From Bdellovibrionota bacterium (GTDB lineage Bacteria > Bdellovibrionota > Bdellovibrionia > Bdellovibrionales > JAEYZS01): a DNA stretch of 64,000 nt. Of this stretch, positions 36,801 to 46,216 are shown in pieces. The translations under genes and the position numbers were made by a program. Below the pieces are notes generated by a model. That model was not told the DNA's origin. It was given only the letters and a program-made list of their open reading frames with translations, and did not search any database. Within the stretch, counting starts at the first letter, position 1, and each line of letters begins with the position of its first letter. The DNA lies in contig CAUJEF010000007.1 in the NCBI GenBank assembly GCA_963169515.1, positions 12,546 through 76,545 on the forward strand, in the 5' to 3' direction.

Positions 36801-37540
36801 TGGAATTGAAGAAGGCTTTTGCCACAGTATCGCAAGGGTTGCGCGATCAAAACCAAGAAAGATCTTTGGAGTCAATTCGTGAAGGACAAACGAAAATATT
36901 TGAATTGATGAAAAGATATAACCCAAAGGCACTCGAGCTATTAACCAAAACTATGTCTACAGCCGGATTAAATGAACTTCACGATCAATATAAGTCTGTT
37001 TTTAATCAGGCTTCGATGAAAAACTTAAGCCAGATGGCCCGCTTGTACGTGGCAATTCAATCCGGAGACGAATCAAAAATTCAAGAGGCCGCATCAGAAT
37101 TAAAAGAGGCTCTTGCTTCGGGTGGAAATTTATCCCCTGAGGTAGAAAAGCTAAATGCGTCTGCACTTCTTCAGTTCTCTCTTAAAAATTCTCCAGTTTT
37201 TACATCGGCCCATCCGTCTGTTTCATGGGTTGCCGTGTTTGGTCTGGGCGCAGTTCTTACGACGATTTTAGCAATTCCACTTTCAGTTAAGTCTTTTGAT
37301 CCCAACTTCTTAAGTTGGGGGAATGTTGGATTTTGGGCGGCAGTGAGTTTGGCTGCGTACTGGCTGTATAATAAGACATTATCGAAAAACGGATGGGCGG
37401 CTCAGGGCTTAAATCGGATTGATGCGTGGTGGGCACAGAAAAAACTTCAGAAACAAGCGGATACCAAGACACCAAACGCTAGCCCATTAAATCTAACTTC
37501 ACGAGAAAGAGTTTGCGTCGAGTTGTTCGCTACGCAATAA
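33899..37540 (+). CDS. 1213-aa polytopic membrane protein, no recognisable domain
   Basis: Signal peptide (FLLVFTLIIQLSVGSTPFAFAAAG) and a ~430-aa N-terminal soluble region. At least 7-8 hydrophobic segments are present, e.g. YLAPMMVVGAAFGVPYAY, AMLGWLLFFFAGQWYYAWPW, VSWVAVFGLGAVLTTILAIPL and WGNVGFWAAVSLAAYWLY. They are separated by charged helical regions. Confidence 0.6.
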   Translation: MIRFGIKFLLVFTLIIQLSVGSTPFAFAAAGDGSDSNPLTKAVVENKEHVALWDKAAQAMESGAELPNQDPNPFSLGNQSVEINGRTYSFNDYHVSLPPVSITGLRVVYDEQNKRLVLEGLRGQNDRGLNGTVVARHFIPDVEVAAMVRDEEILTIVDSKGSLHVVSMDYVAKNIFSSPIPVFKNLWTSSESLEGQKLSVHIATPGLRPPEIQKNSVVPLDEKGNIHIESGDLFVFKGEGSQRELVGAFSRKVTYEKMIRGFKSLQQMVLQIYPANVEQALARSIVSELEGLENKSQAEMDPNTMPAAMRRALLHISNKQMLSIGGSIHQQQSRVGRQFHLLVQNDWEKTFDELEKIARAQSEKLGIEASGNQDSDAAYKKSQIDSFLEAGDLSTIWQNLYRQSTLMPTMKVTKEQKAWVKKAKEISFKYLAPMMVVGAAFGVPYAYEHFETLRQVQALTWMYENAIPDVVKEGEYRLPLFASTVSLLALWPGSVSISWAMGRGLKALSAAVSKSTSKIAQGIRDVAKQWVPLTNWQRITSFGMRFYGNLIYPAVQTVLNKALRQPTMISAWNQGLNPFKTIAPGSVIGQKIGLKKPTRAGVLNPFSRGDDREQVKNTQLQIQAMLAERKLRIENLSLKIATLVVAEKEKVDPATIDMIMRGALDPAKLEEIFKSKDLQREWERTQDTVARYLDGLGEGYFDQDTKEISRDMVAKHYAYAKDIVKKIKEQNKKRRYIDHLWHQSRIGLKKSRETLFNLGVQDSQFLKTIFTNKYVSEQTERGFVSDHLMVVLIMAFIGERADLSDPRNLAANANEALWTNPPHWSDVGSNTYAHFFVAGSKRALVFQSVKPEDSSAYEPVEYLWTDSLNRREGIGRTAYQWVRNVIDPRRSDIGQIALKTFFKRLTTIQAAFVMTLAFRMGLGGQDFGQAMLGWLLFFFAGQWYYAWPWDVIDRGTHLEGERIEEMKMELKKAFATVSQGLRDQNQERSLESIREGQTKIFELMKRYNPKALELLTKTMSTAGLNELHDQYKSVFNQASMKNLSQMARLYVAIQSGDESKIQEAASELKEALASGGNLSPEVEKLNASALLQFSLKNSPVFTSAHPSVSWVAVFGLGAVLTTILAIPLSVKSFDPNFLSWGNVGFWAAVSLAAYWLYNKTLSKNGWAAQGLNRIDAWWAQKKLQKQADTKTPNASPLNLTSRERVCVELFATQ

Positions 37541-37550
37541 AATTGGACGC

Positions 37551-38561
37551 ATGAATATTGTTTCCAAACTAAAAGAAAATCCTTTTGTGTTGGCTCCGAT
37601 GGCGGCCATCACGGACAACGCATTTCGTTCGTTTATGAAAGAAATGGGCGTGTCGATCGTTGTGTCAGAGCTTATTTCGTCCAATGGAATCAAGTTTGGA
37701 AGTGAAAAAACATTGGCGATGATGAAATTTGATTCGCTTCAGCACCCTGTCGGGATTCAAATCTTTGGGGATGATCCCATGATTATGGGTGAGGCCGCAA
37801 AAAAAGTTCAAGATATGGGGGCAGATTTTGTAGATTTGAATTTTGGTTGCCCAGTAAAAAAGGTTGTCCAAAAAGGCGCCGGTTCGGCGATCTTAAAAGA
37901 CCTCAACTGCGTTCGATCCATGCTCTCAACAATAAGGAAGGTGTGCACAATTCCTATTACAATTAAAATCCGCACCGGATGGGACGATAACAGTCGAAAT
38001 GCACACGAGGTTGCCCAGATTGCTTACGAAGAAGGAATCAGTTGGGTCGCAATTCATGGCCGTACTCGAGCCCAAGATTACACCGGACTGTCGGACTGGG
38101 ATTACATAGCCGACGTCAAAGCGTCAGCGAAACTTCCAATTATTGGAAATGGAGACATTCATACCGCGGCCCAAGCCGTGGAACGATTAAAAACTTCGGG
38201 ATGTGACGGCGTAATGATCGGCCGCGGGTGCCTAAAAAATCCATGGATATTTCAAGAGGCGCTCTTCTTGTCACAAGGTTCTAGCGGCGTTCTGCAGAAA
38301 AGCCATGCAGAGGCCTTCGCGCGATTACGTTTTTACCTTGAACAAAATTGCAACGAACACATAGTTTCAATTCAATTGCGAAAATTTGCGGGCTGGTTTT
38401 CTTCGGGATATCCAGGCGGGTCTGAATTCCGCAAATCAATTTTTCAAGTGAAGCTACCAACAGAAATTTTTAATTTGACGTTGGACTACTTCAACTCTGT
38501 GAATAAATTTAATCAGATCGATACAAGCGATGAAAAGTTCCTAATGGGCGGACATGGGTAG
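37551..38561 (+). CDS. dusB: tRNA-dihydrouridine synthase
   Basis: 336 aa. It has LAPMAAITD, DLNFGCPVKKVVQKGAGSAIL and HGRTRAQ. Confidence 0.9.
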   Translation: MNIVSKLKENPFVLAPMAAITDNAFRSFMKEMGVSIVVSELISSNGIKFGSEKTLAMMKFDSLQHPVGIQIFGDDPMIMGEAAKKVQDMGADFVDLNFGCPVKKVVQKGAGSAILKDLNCVRSMLSTIRKVCTIPITIKIRTGWDDNSRNAHEVAQIAYEEGISWVAIHGRTRAQDYTGLSDWDYIADVKASAKLPIIGNGDIHTAAQAVERLKTSGCDGVMIGRGCLKNPWIFQEALFLSQGSSGVLQKSHAEAFARLRFYLEQNCNEHIVSIQLRKFAGWFSSGYPGGSEFRKSIFQVKLPTEIFNLTLDYFNSVNKFNQIDTSDEKFLMGGHG

Positions 38562-39398
38562 TTAGACATTGTCATCAGATGGAAAATCACCAGAATCCTC
38601 GGGGTCTTGCATTTCCACTGGAGCAATCGGGTCGGTTTCATCGGCGGGGGACTCGGTTGAAAAGAAAGTGTCCATTTGAAGCTTTGCCGCCGTGTACTCT
38701 TCATCAGTAATTTTTTTATAATAATTCATTTTGTAAAGGATTTGACTTAGTCGATCACGGGTAAAGTCCGTTAGCTTTTTTTTATAAAAATTCAAAGAAT
38801 ATTTTTCTGGGCTTGGCAATAAAAACGCAATGAAAGATGCTTCGAGCGGTGTCAGATCAATTGGGGGTTTATTAAAATAATGATAAGAGGCCTTTTTTAC
38901 ACCGTAAATACCTTTTCCCAATTCGACGACGTTTATGTATTTTTCAAAAATAAAATCTTTTGAATAGGACTTTTCAATTTCATATGTGATCAGGGCTTCT
39001 TTAATTTTGCGAACGACAGACTTGTTTTTTGTTAAATAGACGTTCTTAGAGAGCTGTTGTGAAATTGTCGATCCGCCACGGGCATATCGTCCCTCGAGTA
39101 AATTTCTGCGAAAACTTTCTCGAATTTCCGCAAAATCAAATCCATTGTGGCTAAAAAATCCAACGTCTTCAGAAACAAGAATGGCATTTTTCAAATTGGG
39201 AGAAACTTGATCTGTGGTTACATAATCATTTGAAGTTTTACACAAATAAACTTTGTACATTTGTGTTGTAAGACAATTTTTTAAGCTCGAAACGTCGGGC
39301 AGTTGGGCATACAAAAACAAAACAATGGATCCTAATACGCACAGGGCGCCAAATGTGGCTATAAATCCAATCTCAAAAAGACGTAAAAATATTTTCAT
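38562..39398 (-). CDS. mtgA: Monofunctional peptidoglycan glycosyltransferase (GT51) with acidic C-terminal tail
   Basis: An N-terminal TM segment, then SEDVGFFSHNGFD, RGGSTISQQLSKN and RKIKEAL. The tail is ...ADETDPIAPVEMQDPEDSGDFPSDDNV. Confidence 0.85.
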   Translation of the reverse strand: MKIFLRLFEIGFIATFGALCVLGSIVLFLYAQLPDVSSLKNCLTTQMYKVYLCKTSNDYVTTDQVSPNLKNAILVSEDVGFFSHNGFDFAEIRESFRRNLLEGRYARGGSTISQQLSKNVYLTKNKSVVRKIKEALITYEIEKSYSKDFIFEKYINVVELGKGIYGVKKASYHYFNKPPIDLTPLEASFIAFLLPSPEKYSLNFYKKKLTDFTRDRLSQILYKMNYYKKITDEEYTAAKLQMDTFFSTESPADETDPIAPVEMQDPEDSGDFPSDDNV

Positions 39399-40384
39399 GA
39401 CTTTGCCAGAATATTTTGCTTCACCCAGTTTACACTTTGCTGAACGGCATAGCGAGCAGATTTTGGTCTAAGTCCCAATGCTGCTTTTGCCTTAGAATTG
39501 TCATACCAGTGGAACATGACGGAAGCCCACGCGTTTTCTGAATTAATCGGCCCCTTGCGACCAATTTTTTCCATGAAGTCGCCGACCTTTCCCAGACCTA
39601 AGAGCACATTTTTAGACAATGGAATTTTTGGCGCAGAGACCCCTGCAAATTCAGCGATCATATCAAAAAGATCTTTTATCAAAATGTTTTCCCCAGTTAA
39701 AAGATAGCGCTCTCCAGATTCCCCGACCTTCCAGGCTTGGTATGTGGCTGCAACAACATCTTCGATTGAAACAATATTTACACCGCCAGGGGGATAGAAA
39801 GGAAAAGTTCCTTTTGCGACTTTAAGCTGAACGCCGCGACTGCCCTTTTTGGCGTCGCCGGGACCATATATAGTTGATGGATTTACAATTACAGCATCGA
39901 TAAGCTTATTCTTTACAGCATCGCAAACCAAGTTTTCTGCAGTATGTTTTGATTCGAAATACCCTAAGTTTAAATCTTTCAAATTATAAACAAAGGTTTC
40001 ATTTATTATATTTTTACCGTCGAAGCTTGCCCCAATGGCAACCACAGAACTGAAATGAACCAGGCGACGAATTTTTTTACTGGCACAGGCCTTGATAATA
40101 TTTTCAGTTCCATGAATATTCACGTCATCCATGATTTTTCTTTGCGCTTTTGTGTAGGCCACAACGCCAGCAAGATGAAATATGGAATCAACGCCGTCGG
40201 CTGCTTTTAAAACGGACTCCAAATCTAGCACATTTCCTTGAATGACCTCGACGTTTAGATCCTTCAAATCTTCTGGTTTTTTAGATGAACGATTAAGAAT
40301 GCGAACTTGCAATCCCTGTTCGAGCAAATACTTTGTTAGCCAACTGCCTACAAATCCGGAGGCTCCCGTAACAAGAACTTTCAT
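39395..40384 (-). CDS. NAD-dependent epimerase/dehydratase (extended SDR)
   Basis: It has MKVLVTGASGFVGSWL and YxxxK (YFESKHTAE). A 4-nt overlap links it to mtgA. Confidence 0.8.
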   Translation of the reverse strand: MKVLVTGASGFVGSWLTKYLLEQGLQVRILNRSSKKPEDLKDLNVEVIQGNVLDLESVLKAADGVDSIFHLAGVVAYTKAQRKIMDDVNIHGTENIIKACASKKIRRLVHFSSVVAIGASFDGKNIINETFVYNLKDLNLGYFESKHTAENLVCDAVKNKLIDAVIVNPSTIYGPGDAKKGSRGVQLKVAKGTFPFYPPGGVNIVSIEDVVAATYQAWKVGESGERYLLTGENILIKDLFDMIAEFAGVSAPKIPLSKNVLLGLGKVGDFMEKIGRKGPINSENAWASVMFHWYDNSKAKAALGLRPKSARYAVQQSVNWVKQNILAKS

Positions 40385-40501
40385 TAGACTCTCTTCCTAA
40401 GATTGAAATAGCATAGACGCTGTGCACAAGCAATGACTGGCCTATGAATTATGGGAAACCTATTCCAAAATGGAAGTGTCGAGCAGCAGAGGAGATTTGC
40501 A

Positions 40502-40966
40502 ATGTCACAAGACTTATTAAAGAAAATTTATCTTTTTGAAGATTTTCCCTCCGAACGTTTGAACCACGTCGTTGAATTGACGAAAATAGAGACCTACCAA
40601 AAGGGCGACGAAATCTTTGCACAGAAAGACCTGGCGACTTCTTTGTATGTTATTAAATTTGGCACGGTTCGAATTTACCGTGAAATGACAAACGGTGATC
40701 GCATCGAAGTTGCGATGCTTGGAACGGGCTCGCACTTTGGAGAGATGTCTTTTCTCGACAAAGAAGTCCGATCAGCAACGGCCGAGGCAGTAGAAAAATC
40801 TGAGATCATTCGAATACCTTATGAGAAACTGTTAAGTCTGTTGAACAGCGAGCACGAGCTAGCTGCAAAATTTTATAGATCGCTGAGCCGATTTTTATCC
40901 GGACGATTGAGGCAAACGACGACAGACTTGACGTTTGCACGCGAAATTAATCTACGTCATTTTTGA
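40502..40966 (+). CDS. Stand-alone cyclic-nucleotide-binding domain protein
   Basis: The cNMP signature is GSHFGEMSFLD...RSATAEA. The preferred ATG at 40502 has GGAG 7 nt upstream. The track start is 40451. Confidence 0.75.
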   Translation: MSQDLLKKIYLFEDFPSERLNHVVELTKIETYQKGDEIFAQKDLATSLYVIKFGTVRIYREMTNGDRIEVAMLGTGSHFGEMSFLDKEVRSATAEAVEKSEIIRIPYEKLLSLLNSEHELAAKFYRSLSRFLSGRLRQTTTDLTFAREINLRHF

Positions 40967-41583
40967 TTGTTAGGAGATCGTCGAAGCCGTGCCATTCGTT
41001 GCTTCAAGGTTGTTTTTTGGGGCGCGATGGAAAAGGCCAACATGATATGGTGATACGCCATAAGGACAGATCGCCCAATAAATATGCCGAGAAGCGCCCC
41101 AAAAATAACATCTGCGGGGAAATGGACACCCAAATAAACACGACTAAAGGCAATCAATATCGCAATAAAATAAAAAGCAAATCGATACGTTGAAAAGAAA
41201 AAAGCAAGCAAAGTGGCGGCGGCAAAGCTATTCGAGGCATGGTTTGATGGAAATCCAAATTTTGAGCTTCCTGACTGGGATTTCACATCCACCGAAAGCC
41301 CAGAGTGTATTGGGCGTGGCCGATGGAAAAATGGTTTCAAAACATTATGGCTAAGCCCATCTGTGACCGCGATTGCAAAAACAAGACACAAAATTTGGCT
41401 TAGCCCCAAAAGCTTTCTTTTCCAAATCCACAACAAGAGAAGGATGGGGGCTGCGATTGGCAGAACCCAACTTTTTTTATGAAAATCTGTCAATTCCATA
41501 AAAATGAAATCGGAAAAAGAGCTAGCCATCGTTTTGTGGATCATTATAAAGAGATATGTGTCTAATTTGAGCAGCCAATCCAA
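40957..41583 (-). CDS. PAP2-family phosphatase
   Basis: The motifs KPFFHRPRP, PSNHASN and SRVYLGVHFPADV match KxxxxxxRP / PSGH / SRxxxxxHxxxD. Confidence 0.85.
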   Translation of the reverse strand: MDWLLKLDTYLFIMIHKTMASSFSDFIFMELTDFHKKSWVLPIAAPILLLLWIWKRKLLGLSQILCLVFAIAVTDGLSHNVLKPFFHRPRPIHSGLSVDVKSQSGSSKFGFPSNHASNSFAAATLLAFFFSTYRFAFYFIAILIAFSRVYLGVHFPADVIFGALLGIFIGRSVLMAYHHIMLAFSIAPQKTTLKQRMARLRRSPNNQK

Positions 41584-41685
41584 AGAATCGTCTCCCGCTT
41601 CGTTGTCAGTCTATAAACTAATCGGACGTCCGTCTAGCTGATTTCTGTAATGAGGTATGTGACAATCTAAGCTGCCGGAGGCAAT

Positions 41686-41880
41686 GTGATTGAGCTTCGC
41701 AGACTGAACAGCGAAATTGTTTATGTAAATCCAGATCTTATCCGCATGGTGGAAGAAAAACCGGACATCACTCTGACCTTTACTAGTGGGGAAAAACTTG
41801 TTGTTCAAAATTCGCCGAAAGAAATAATCACAAAGATAATCGAGTTTCGAAAGTCTTATCAACGCGACATCAAGGAATAA
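41686..41880 (+). CDS. flbD: Flagellar protein FlbD
   Basis: 64 aa with a GTG start and GGAGG upstream. It reads MIELRRLNSEIVYVNPDLIRMVEEKPDITLTFTSGEKLVV and sits directly upstream of motA. Confidence 0.8.
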   Translation: MIELRRLNSEIVYVNPDLIRMVEEKPDITLTFTSGEKLVVQNSPKEIITKIIEFRKSYQRDIKE

Positions 41881-41884
41881 CACT

Positions 41885-42652
41885 ATGAACATTTCAGTCT
41901 GGGTCGGCTTAATTATTGGTATCGGTGGCATTTTGTTGGGCCAAATCCTGGAGGGTGGTCAGGTTGGAACTCTTGTGCAAGGAGCGGCCGCCTTCATTGT
42001 ATTCGGAGGAACCTTTGGCGCTGTTATTGTGGGAACAACACGTGAAGATTTGATTAGCGCTTGGAAATTAATCGGGTGGGTATTTAGGTCTCAAAAAAAA
42101 GGTATCGAAAGTCGAATTTATAATGAACTGGTAGATGCTTCTCAAATTGCACGAAAAGAATCAATTCTGTCGTTAGAAAAGAGACTTGAAAACTTCAGCC
42201 ATCCGTACGCGGGGACTGTTTTGCGTTATGTGATCGACGGTATCGATCCAGATATTGTGAAAAATGTATTCGAAACAGAGCGAGACATAGAAGAACGAAA
42301 GTTAAACAGCGGTGCAAAGGTCTTCATGGACGCGGGCGGGTACGCGCCTACAATTGGAATTATTGGAGCGGTGCTGGGCCTAATTCATGTAATGGAAAAT
42401 CTATCTGACACTTCGAAACTGGGCGCAGGTATCGCAGTTGCGTTTGTGGCGACCATTTATGGTGTAGGAAGCGCAAACCTAATTTTTTTTCCAATTGCAG
42501 CTCGCCTAAAACGTCGAATTGCAGAGGAAATGCGCATCAAGGAAATGATTCTTAATGGGGCGCTGAGTATAGTCCAGGGTTACAACCCATACATTATTCA
42601 AGAACAATTAAAGCCGTTCCTGCCAGAAAGAGATCGAGTCAAATTAAAATGA
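41885..42652 (+). CDS. motA: Flagellar stator protein MotA
   Basis: 255 aa with four TM segments. The C-terminal pattern AFVATIYGVGSANLIFFPIA is typical of the MotA/TolQ/ExbB family. flbD lies upstream and motB downstream. Confidence 0.85.
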   Translation: MNISVWVGLIIGIGGILLGQILEGGQVGTLVQGAAAFIVFGGTFGAVIVGTTREDLISAWKLIGWVFRSQKKGIESRIYNELVDASQIARKESILSLEKRLENFSHPYAGTVLRYVIDGIDPDIVKNVFETERDIEERKLNSGAKVFMDAGGYAPTIGIIGAVLGLIHVMENLSDTSKLGAGIAVAFVATIYGVGSANLIFFPIAARLKRRIAEEMRIKEMILNGALSIVQGYNPYIIQEQLKPFLPERDRVKLK

Positions 42653-43386
42653 AAAAAAAGCAGCACGAAGAGCCCGAAAATCATGAGCGCTGGCTGGTAT
42701 CCTATGCAGATTTTATCACGTTGCTTTTTGCGTTTTTTACGGTGATGTACGCGACATCAAGCGCGGATCTGGATAAATCAAAGAAATTCGAACAGTCGGT
42801 CCGCGAAGCTTTTGGAATGTTGAGTGGCGAAGGACAAGATATTGGTGTTAATAATTTCCCCAATCATAAAGATAAAGGGAGCATCATAGAACCACCGATT
42901 AAAGTGTTTTATGACAGCAGCGCGAGCCGTGATCAGATCAAAGAGGCGCTGCTGATGATGATTGATGAAAAAATGTCTGAAGAAGAACGTGAAAAGGCCG
43001 GCTTCACCGTTCGCACCGATGAAGAGGGCGTTCGAATAACATTGTTAGCGTCAAAGCTCTTCCCCGAGGGGTCGGCAAAGATATTTAAAGGATCATTTTT
43101 AGCCTTGGATGTAATCAGTGGAATTTTAAAGCTTACGGGTAGGGATATTGTTATTGAGGGGCACACAGACAACCAACCCATTAAAAGTGCTATTTATCCA
43201 AGCAACTGGGAGCTGGCAGGCGCTAGGGCCGCGACAATTGTTCGTTACTTTGTCCAAAGGCATGAATTTCCAGCAGATAAATTAAAGGTTGTATCCTATG
43301 CCGATCAGCGTCCCCTTAAAAATAACGATTCAGATGAAAATCGTGCGATAAATCGCCGTATCGAGATATTGATACCAACGCCTTAA
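42649..43386 (+). CDS. motB: Flagellar stator protein MotB (OmpA-like C-terminal domain)
   Basis: It has [18 protein letters not shown] (plug/TM with the conserved Asp) and a C-terminal GHTDN...NRRIEI OmpA-like motif. Confidence 0.85.
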   Translation: MKKKQHEEPENHERWLVSYADFITLLFAFFTVMYATSSADLDKSKKFEQSVREAFGMLSGEGQDIGVNNFPNHKDKGSIIEPPIKVFYDSSASRDQIKEALLMMIDEKMSEEEREKAGFTVRTDEEGVRITLLASKLFPEGSAKIFKGSFLALDVISGILKLTGRDIVIEGHTDNQPIKSAIYPSNWELAGARAATIVRYFVQRHEFPADKLKVVSYADQRPLKNNDSDENRAINRRIEILIPTP

Positions 43387-43466
43387 CACGCTTAATAAAT
43401 AGGCTTTTGTTCAAAAGTTGCCTGTCGGTTTTGAGGGTGATAGCGTTTTCCCATAAGGGGAACAAT

Positions 43467-44084
43467 ATGACATTTAATCTTTCTGCTATTCAGAAGCTAG
43501 TTTTGATTTATATTGGAGCTTTTATATTTTTCGCAATCAGTGCACTGGCAAAGGAGAAGACTGTGGAAACAAAGAACAACGAAAAATTTCCAATGGTAGT
43601 GTTTGAAACATCTCTTGGAAATTTCACCGTAAAATTAAATGCAGAAAAGGCACCAATCACAGTGACTAATTTTTTAGGCTATGTTGATAAAAAGTTTTAT
43701 GACGGCACAATCTTTCATCGAGTTATTTCTAACTTCATGATTCAGGGCGGAGGCTTTGAAAAGGGCATGAAAGAAAAGGCCACAGGAAAGCCAATTAAGA
43801 ATGAAGCAGACAACGGATTAAAAAACACCCGCGGTACTCTTGCAATGGCGCGCACAGGCGTCGTCGATTCGGCAACAGCACAGTTTTTTATCAATGTACA
43901 AGACAATGACTTTTTAAATTTCCGCTCCAAAGATCCTCAAGGCTATGGCTACGCAGTTTTTGGCGAGGTCGTTGATGGCATGGATACTGTCGATAAAATA
44001 AAATCTGTTAAAACCTCTTCACATGGGCCACATGACGACGTGCCCGTTGAACAAGTTGTTATTAAGTCGGCAAAGCGAAAATAA
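43467..44084 (+). CDS. ppiA: Cyclophilin-type peptidyl-prolyl isomerase (exported)
   Basis: It has [14 protein letters not shown] and AMARTG...SATAQFFIN. The N-terminal hydrophobic segment is consistent with export. The preferred ATG at 43467 is preceded by AAGGGG. Confidence 0.85.
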   Translation: MTFNLSAIQKLVLIYIGAFIFFAISALAKEKTVETKNNEKFPMVVFETSLGNFTVKLNAEKAPITVTNFLGYVDKKFYDGTIFHRVISNFMIQGGGFEKGMKEKATGKPIKNEADNGLKNTRGTLAMARTGVVDSATAQFFINVQDNDFLNFRSKDPQGYGYAVFGEVVDGMDTVDKIKSVKTSSHGPHDDVPVEQVVIKSAKRK

Positions 44085-44096
44085 GAAAAAGCACCG

Positions 44097-45476
44097 TTAG
44101 TCCGGTATTTTCCACAGCCAACGTGGACTATTGTAGTTGTAGTTATCAAAAGTAACTCGACGTTCTCGTGTCCCGTCCGCATTTACCATGAAGATCTGTT
44201 TTGAACCCGTGCGGTCGCTAATAAACAAAAGCTGCCGTCCGTCAGGCGAGAAGGATGGTGATTCGTTATTAGACGGCTTTCCATTTTTTTTGGGAGCATC
44301 TGTCAGGCGTTCCATGCGCGTACCGTCTGGGTTCATTGTGAAAATATCAAAATGACTGCTGTCCCAACCAGAGAAGGCAATCCGCTTTCCATCTGGCGAC
44401 CAAGTTGGCGTTGCATTGTATTTTCCAGCAATGGTCAGGCGACGAACATTTGTGCCGTCGGTATTCATAATGTAAATCATAGGCTGACCACTGCGATTCG
44501 AAGAAAAGGCAATCTGTTTTCCATCAGGACTAACTGCCGGTTCTACGTTCAAGGCATTAAGCGGCCCATTGGTTAAGCGAGTGCGTTCTTTTCCATCCGG
44601 GGTCATGCGATATAGATCTGGAGAGCCATCTTGACTGATCGTCAGATAAATAAATTTCCCACTTGGATCAAAAGAGGCACCCGTATTTATGCCTTTATAC
44701 CAAGAAATTAAAAAGCGTTTTCCTGTGTAGATTTCGTAAGAATACAGGTCGTGATTATTTGTTTTTGCCTGTTTGTGATAAGACATTGCCGTGTACAAAA
44801 CGGTCTTTCCATCGGGGGACCACGCGGGCGAAACTGTAATAGACCTATGGTTTGTAATTTTTTTTACCCCGAAGGTATCCCAATCAGAAACGTAAACCTC
44901 TTTCCAGCGGTTCCCATCTTTATCGCTGATGAATGCAATTTTTGACCTAAACCAACCTTTTTGACCTGTCAGCGCCTTTATAAAGTCGTCGGCGTACGTA
45001 TGGGCAACGTAACGAACTTCATTTAGCTTCCCACGATAAGATTTTGTCAAAATGGCTTTTGCTTGAGGTACATGATAAACATAAGCGTCAACAACGATGT
45101 CTCCTCCGTCGACCTTGAATCCCGTTCGAACTAAAAACTCTGCTCCGATTTTTGACCAATTAGCAAAATCAAACCCCCCAGGCTCTCCTGGTTTAGGGCG
45201 CAAACCAACGGAGGCAACGTCTTCGAGGTAAGCCGCCTGATTGATAAATTGAAAATAAGAGCTGACGTCCAAATCATTGTAAAACACATTGTAAAGGTCC
45301 TGCCCGACCTGTTTGTAGTTTTTCACCAAGGCAGGTGAACCAACAAAAACAAACGGAGGAACGGCGAGCAAGCTCTTTTTCACATTTGCTTCGCCGACCT
45401 TAATATAAAGTTGCCCCTGCGAATACGCCTGTTGCCAGATCAGTAATAGACAGAAAACTAATAAAAACTTTTTCAT
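44097..45476 (-). CDS. tolB: Tol-Pal system beta-propeller protein TolB
   Basis: 459 aa with a signal peptide. Repeated SP(D/A)G..(I/L)(A/L)F propeller blades are present (PAWSPDGKTVLY, AVSPDGKQIAFSS, PTWSPDGKRIAFS, PSFSPDGRQLLF). Confidence 0.9.
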   Translation of the reverse strand: MKKFLLVFCLLLIWQQAYSQGQLYIKVGEANVKKSLLAVPPFVFVGSPALVKNYKQVGQDLYNVFYNDLDVSSYFQFINQAAYLEDVASVGLRPKPGEPGGFDFANWSKIGAEFLVRTGFKVDGGDIVVDAYVYHVPQAKAILTKSYRGKLNEVRYVAHTYADDFIKALTGQKGWFRSKIAFISDKDGNRWKEVYVSDWDTFGVKKITNHRSITVSPAWSPDGKTVLYTAMSYHKQAKTNNHDLYSYEIYTGKRFLISWYKGINTGASFDPSGKFIYLTISQDGSPDLYRMTPDGKERTRLTNGPLNALNVEPAVSPDGKQIAFSSNRSGQPMIYIMNTDGTNVRRLTIAGKYNATPTWSPDGKRIAFSGWDSSHFDIFTMNPDGTRMERLTDAPKKNGKPSNNESPSFSPDGRQLLFISDRTGSKQIFMVNADGTRERRVTFDNYNYNSPRWLWKIPD

Positions 45477-45487
45477 TTGTCGCTCCC

Positions 45488-46216
45488 TTATTCTGGAAAT
45501 CCTAATGTGATACCATCAATACCAACCAATGCCTGCATTTTATCTGGCGGCGCTGGGAATGGTGACGACATTTCAATCGTTTCAATTACGAGTCGATCGA
45601 ACTCTAGATTTCCAGACGGTTGTCTGAAACCTTTCTCTATAACATAACCATTTTTATCCACTTTAACAAACGCTATGGCCTTTAGGTCCAGCCGCTTTAG
45701 CCATTCAGGAAGATTCCAATTTTTGTGAACGTGGCCGTGTACCGCTGATAAATAATCGTCGTAATTTAATTTATCCAGGCCGCGGAGTGCCGTGCCTGGA
45801 GAGATGACATTTCCTTTATATTGAGGCACGGCTTTTTCGGTCTTTTTTTCAGACTCAGCCTCTTTGTTTTTTTTAAGATTTTCCAATGCCTGCATATTTT
45901 TTAGCTTGCGAATAGCATCGGTACGGGCCTTTGAGTTATCGATTTTAATTTCTTTTGGCTTTTCAACGGGCTTTTCGATTTTAGGGGCCGGGACTTCTAC
46001 TTTCTTTTCTTCAGGTGCCGGGACCGGAGCGGGCTCCTTTCTCTTTTGCGGTAGTCCAACAAGGTCAACACGTATAGCAGGATGGAATTCGATATTATCG
46101 GTTGGGAAAATCAGTGTTTGAATCGTGAATACCAATACGATTGCGGCATGGAACGCCAGAGAAATGACCAGCATCCGTTTAAATTGAATTTCATTTTCGT
46201 CTGTTCGCACATTCAT
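45488..46216 (-). CDS. tolA: TolA (TonB-C-like energy transducer)
   Basis: An N-terminal TM segment, a Pro/Lys/Glu-rich linker (PAPVPAPEEKKVEVPAPKIEKPVEKPKE) and a C-terminal TonB_C-like domain. It sits between tolR and tolB. Confidence 0.75.
   Translation of the reverse strand: MNVRTDENEIQFKRMLVISLAFHAAIVLVFTIQTLIFPTDNIEFHPAIRVDLVGLPQKRKEPAPVPAPEEKKVEVPAPKIEKPVEKPKEIKIDNSKARTDAIRKLKNMQALENLKKNKEAESEKKTEKAVPQYKGNVISPGTALRGLDKLNYDDYLSAVHGHVHKNWNLPEWLKRLDLKAIAFVKVDKNGYVIEKGFRQPSGNLEFDRLVIETIEMSSPFPAPPDKMQALVGIDGITLGFPE

Noticed and set aside
41600-41685. Sigma-28 (FliA) promoter upstream of flbD-motAB (TAAA ... GCTGATTT)
   Set aside because: The spacing between the TAAA and GCTGAT elements is ~19 nt instead of ~15, and the -10 element matches poorly. 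This is not enough to call.
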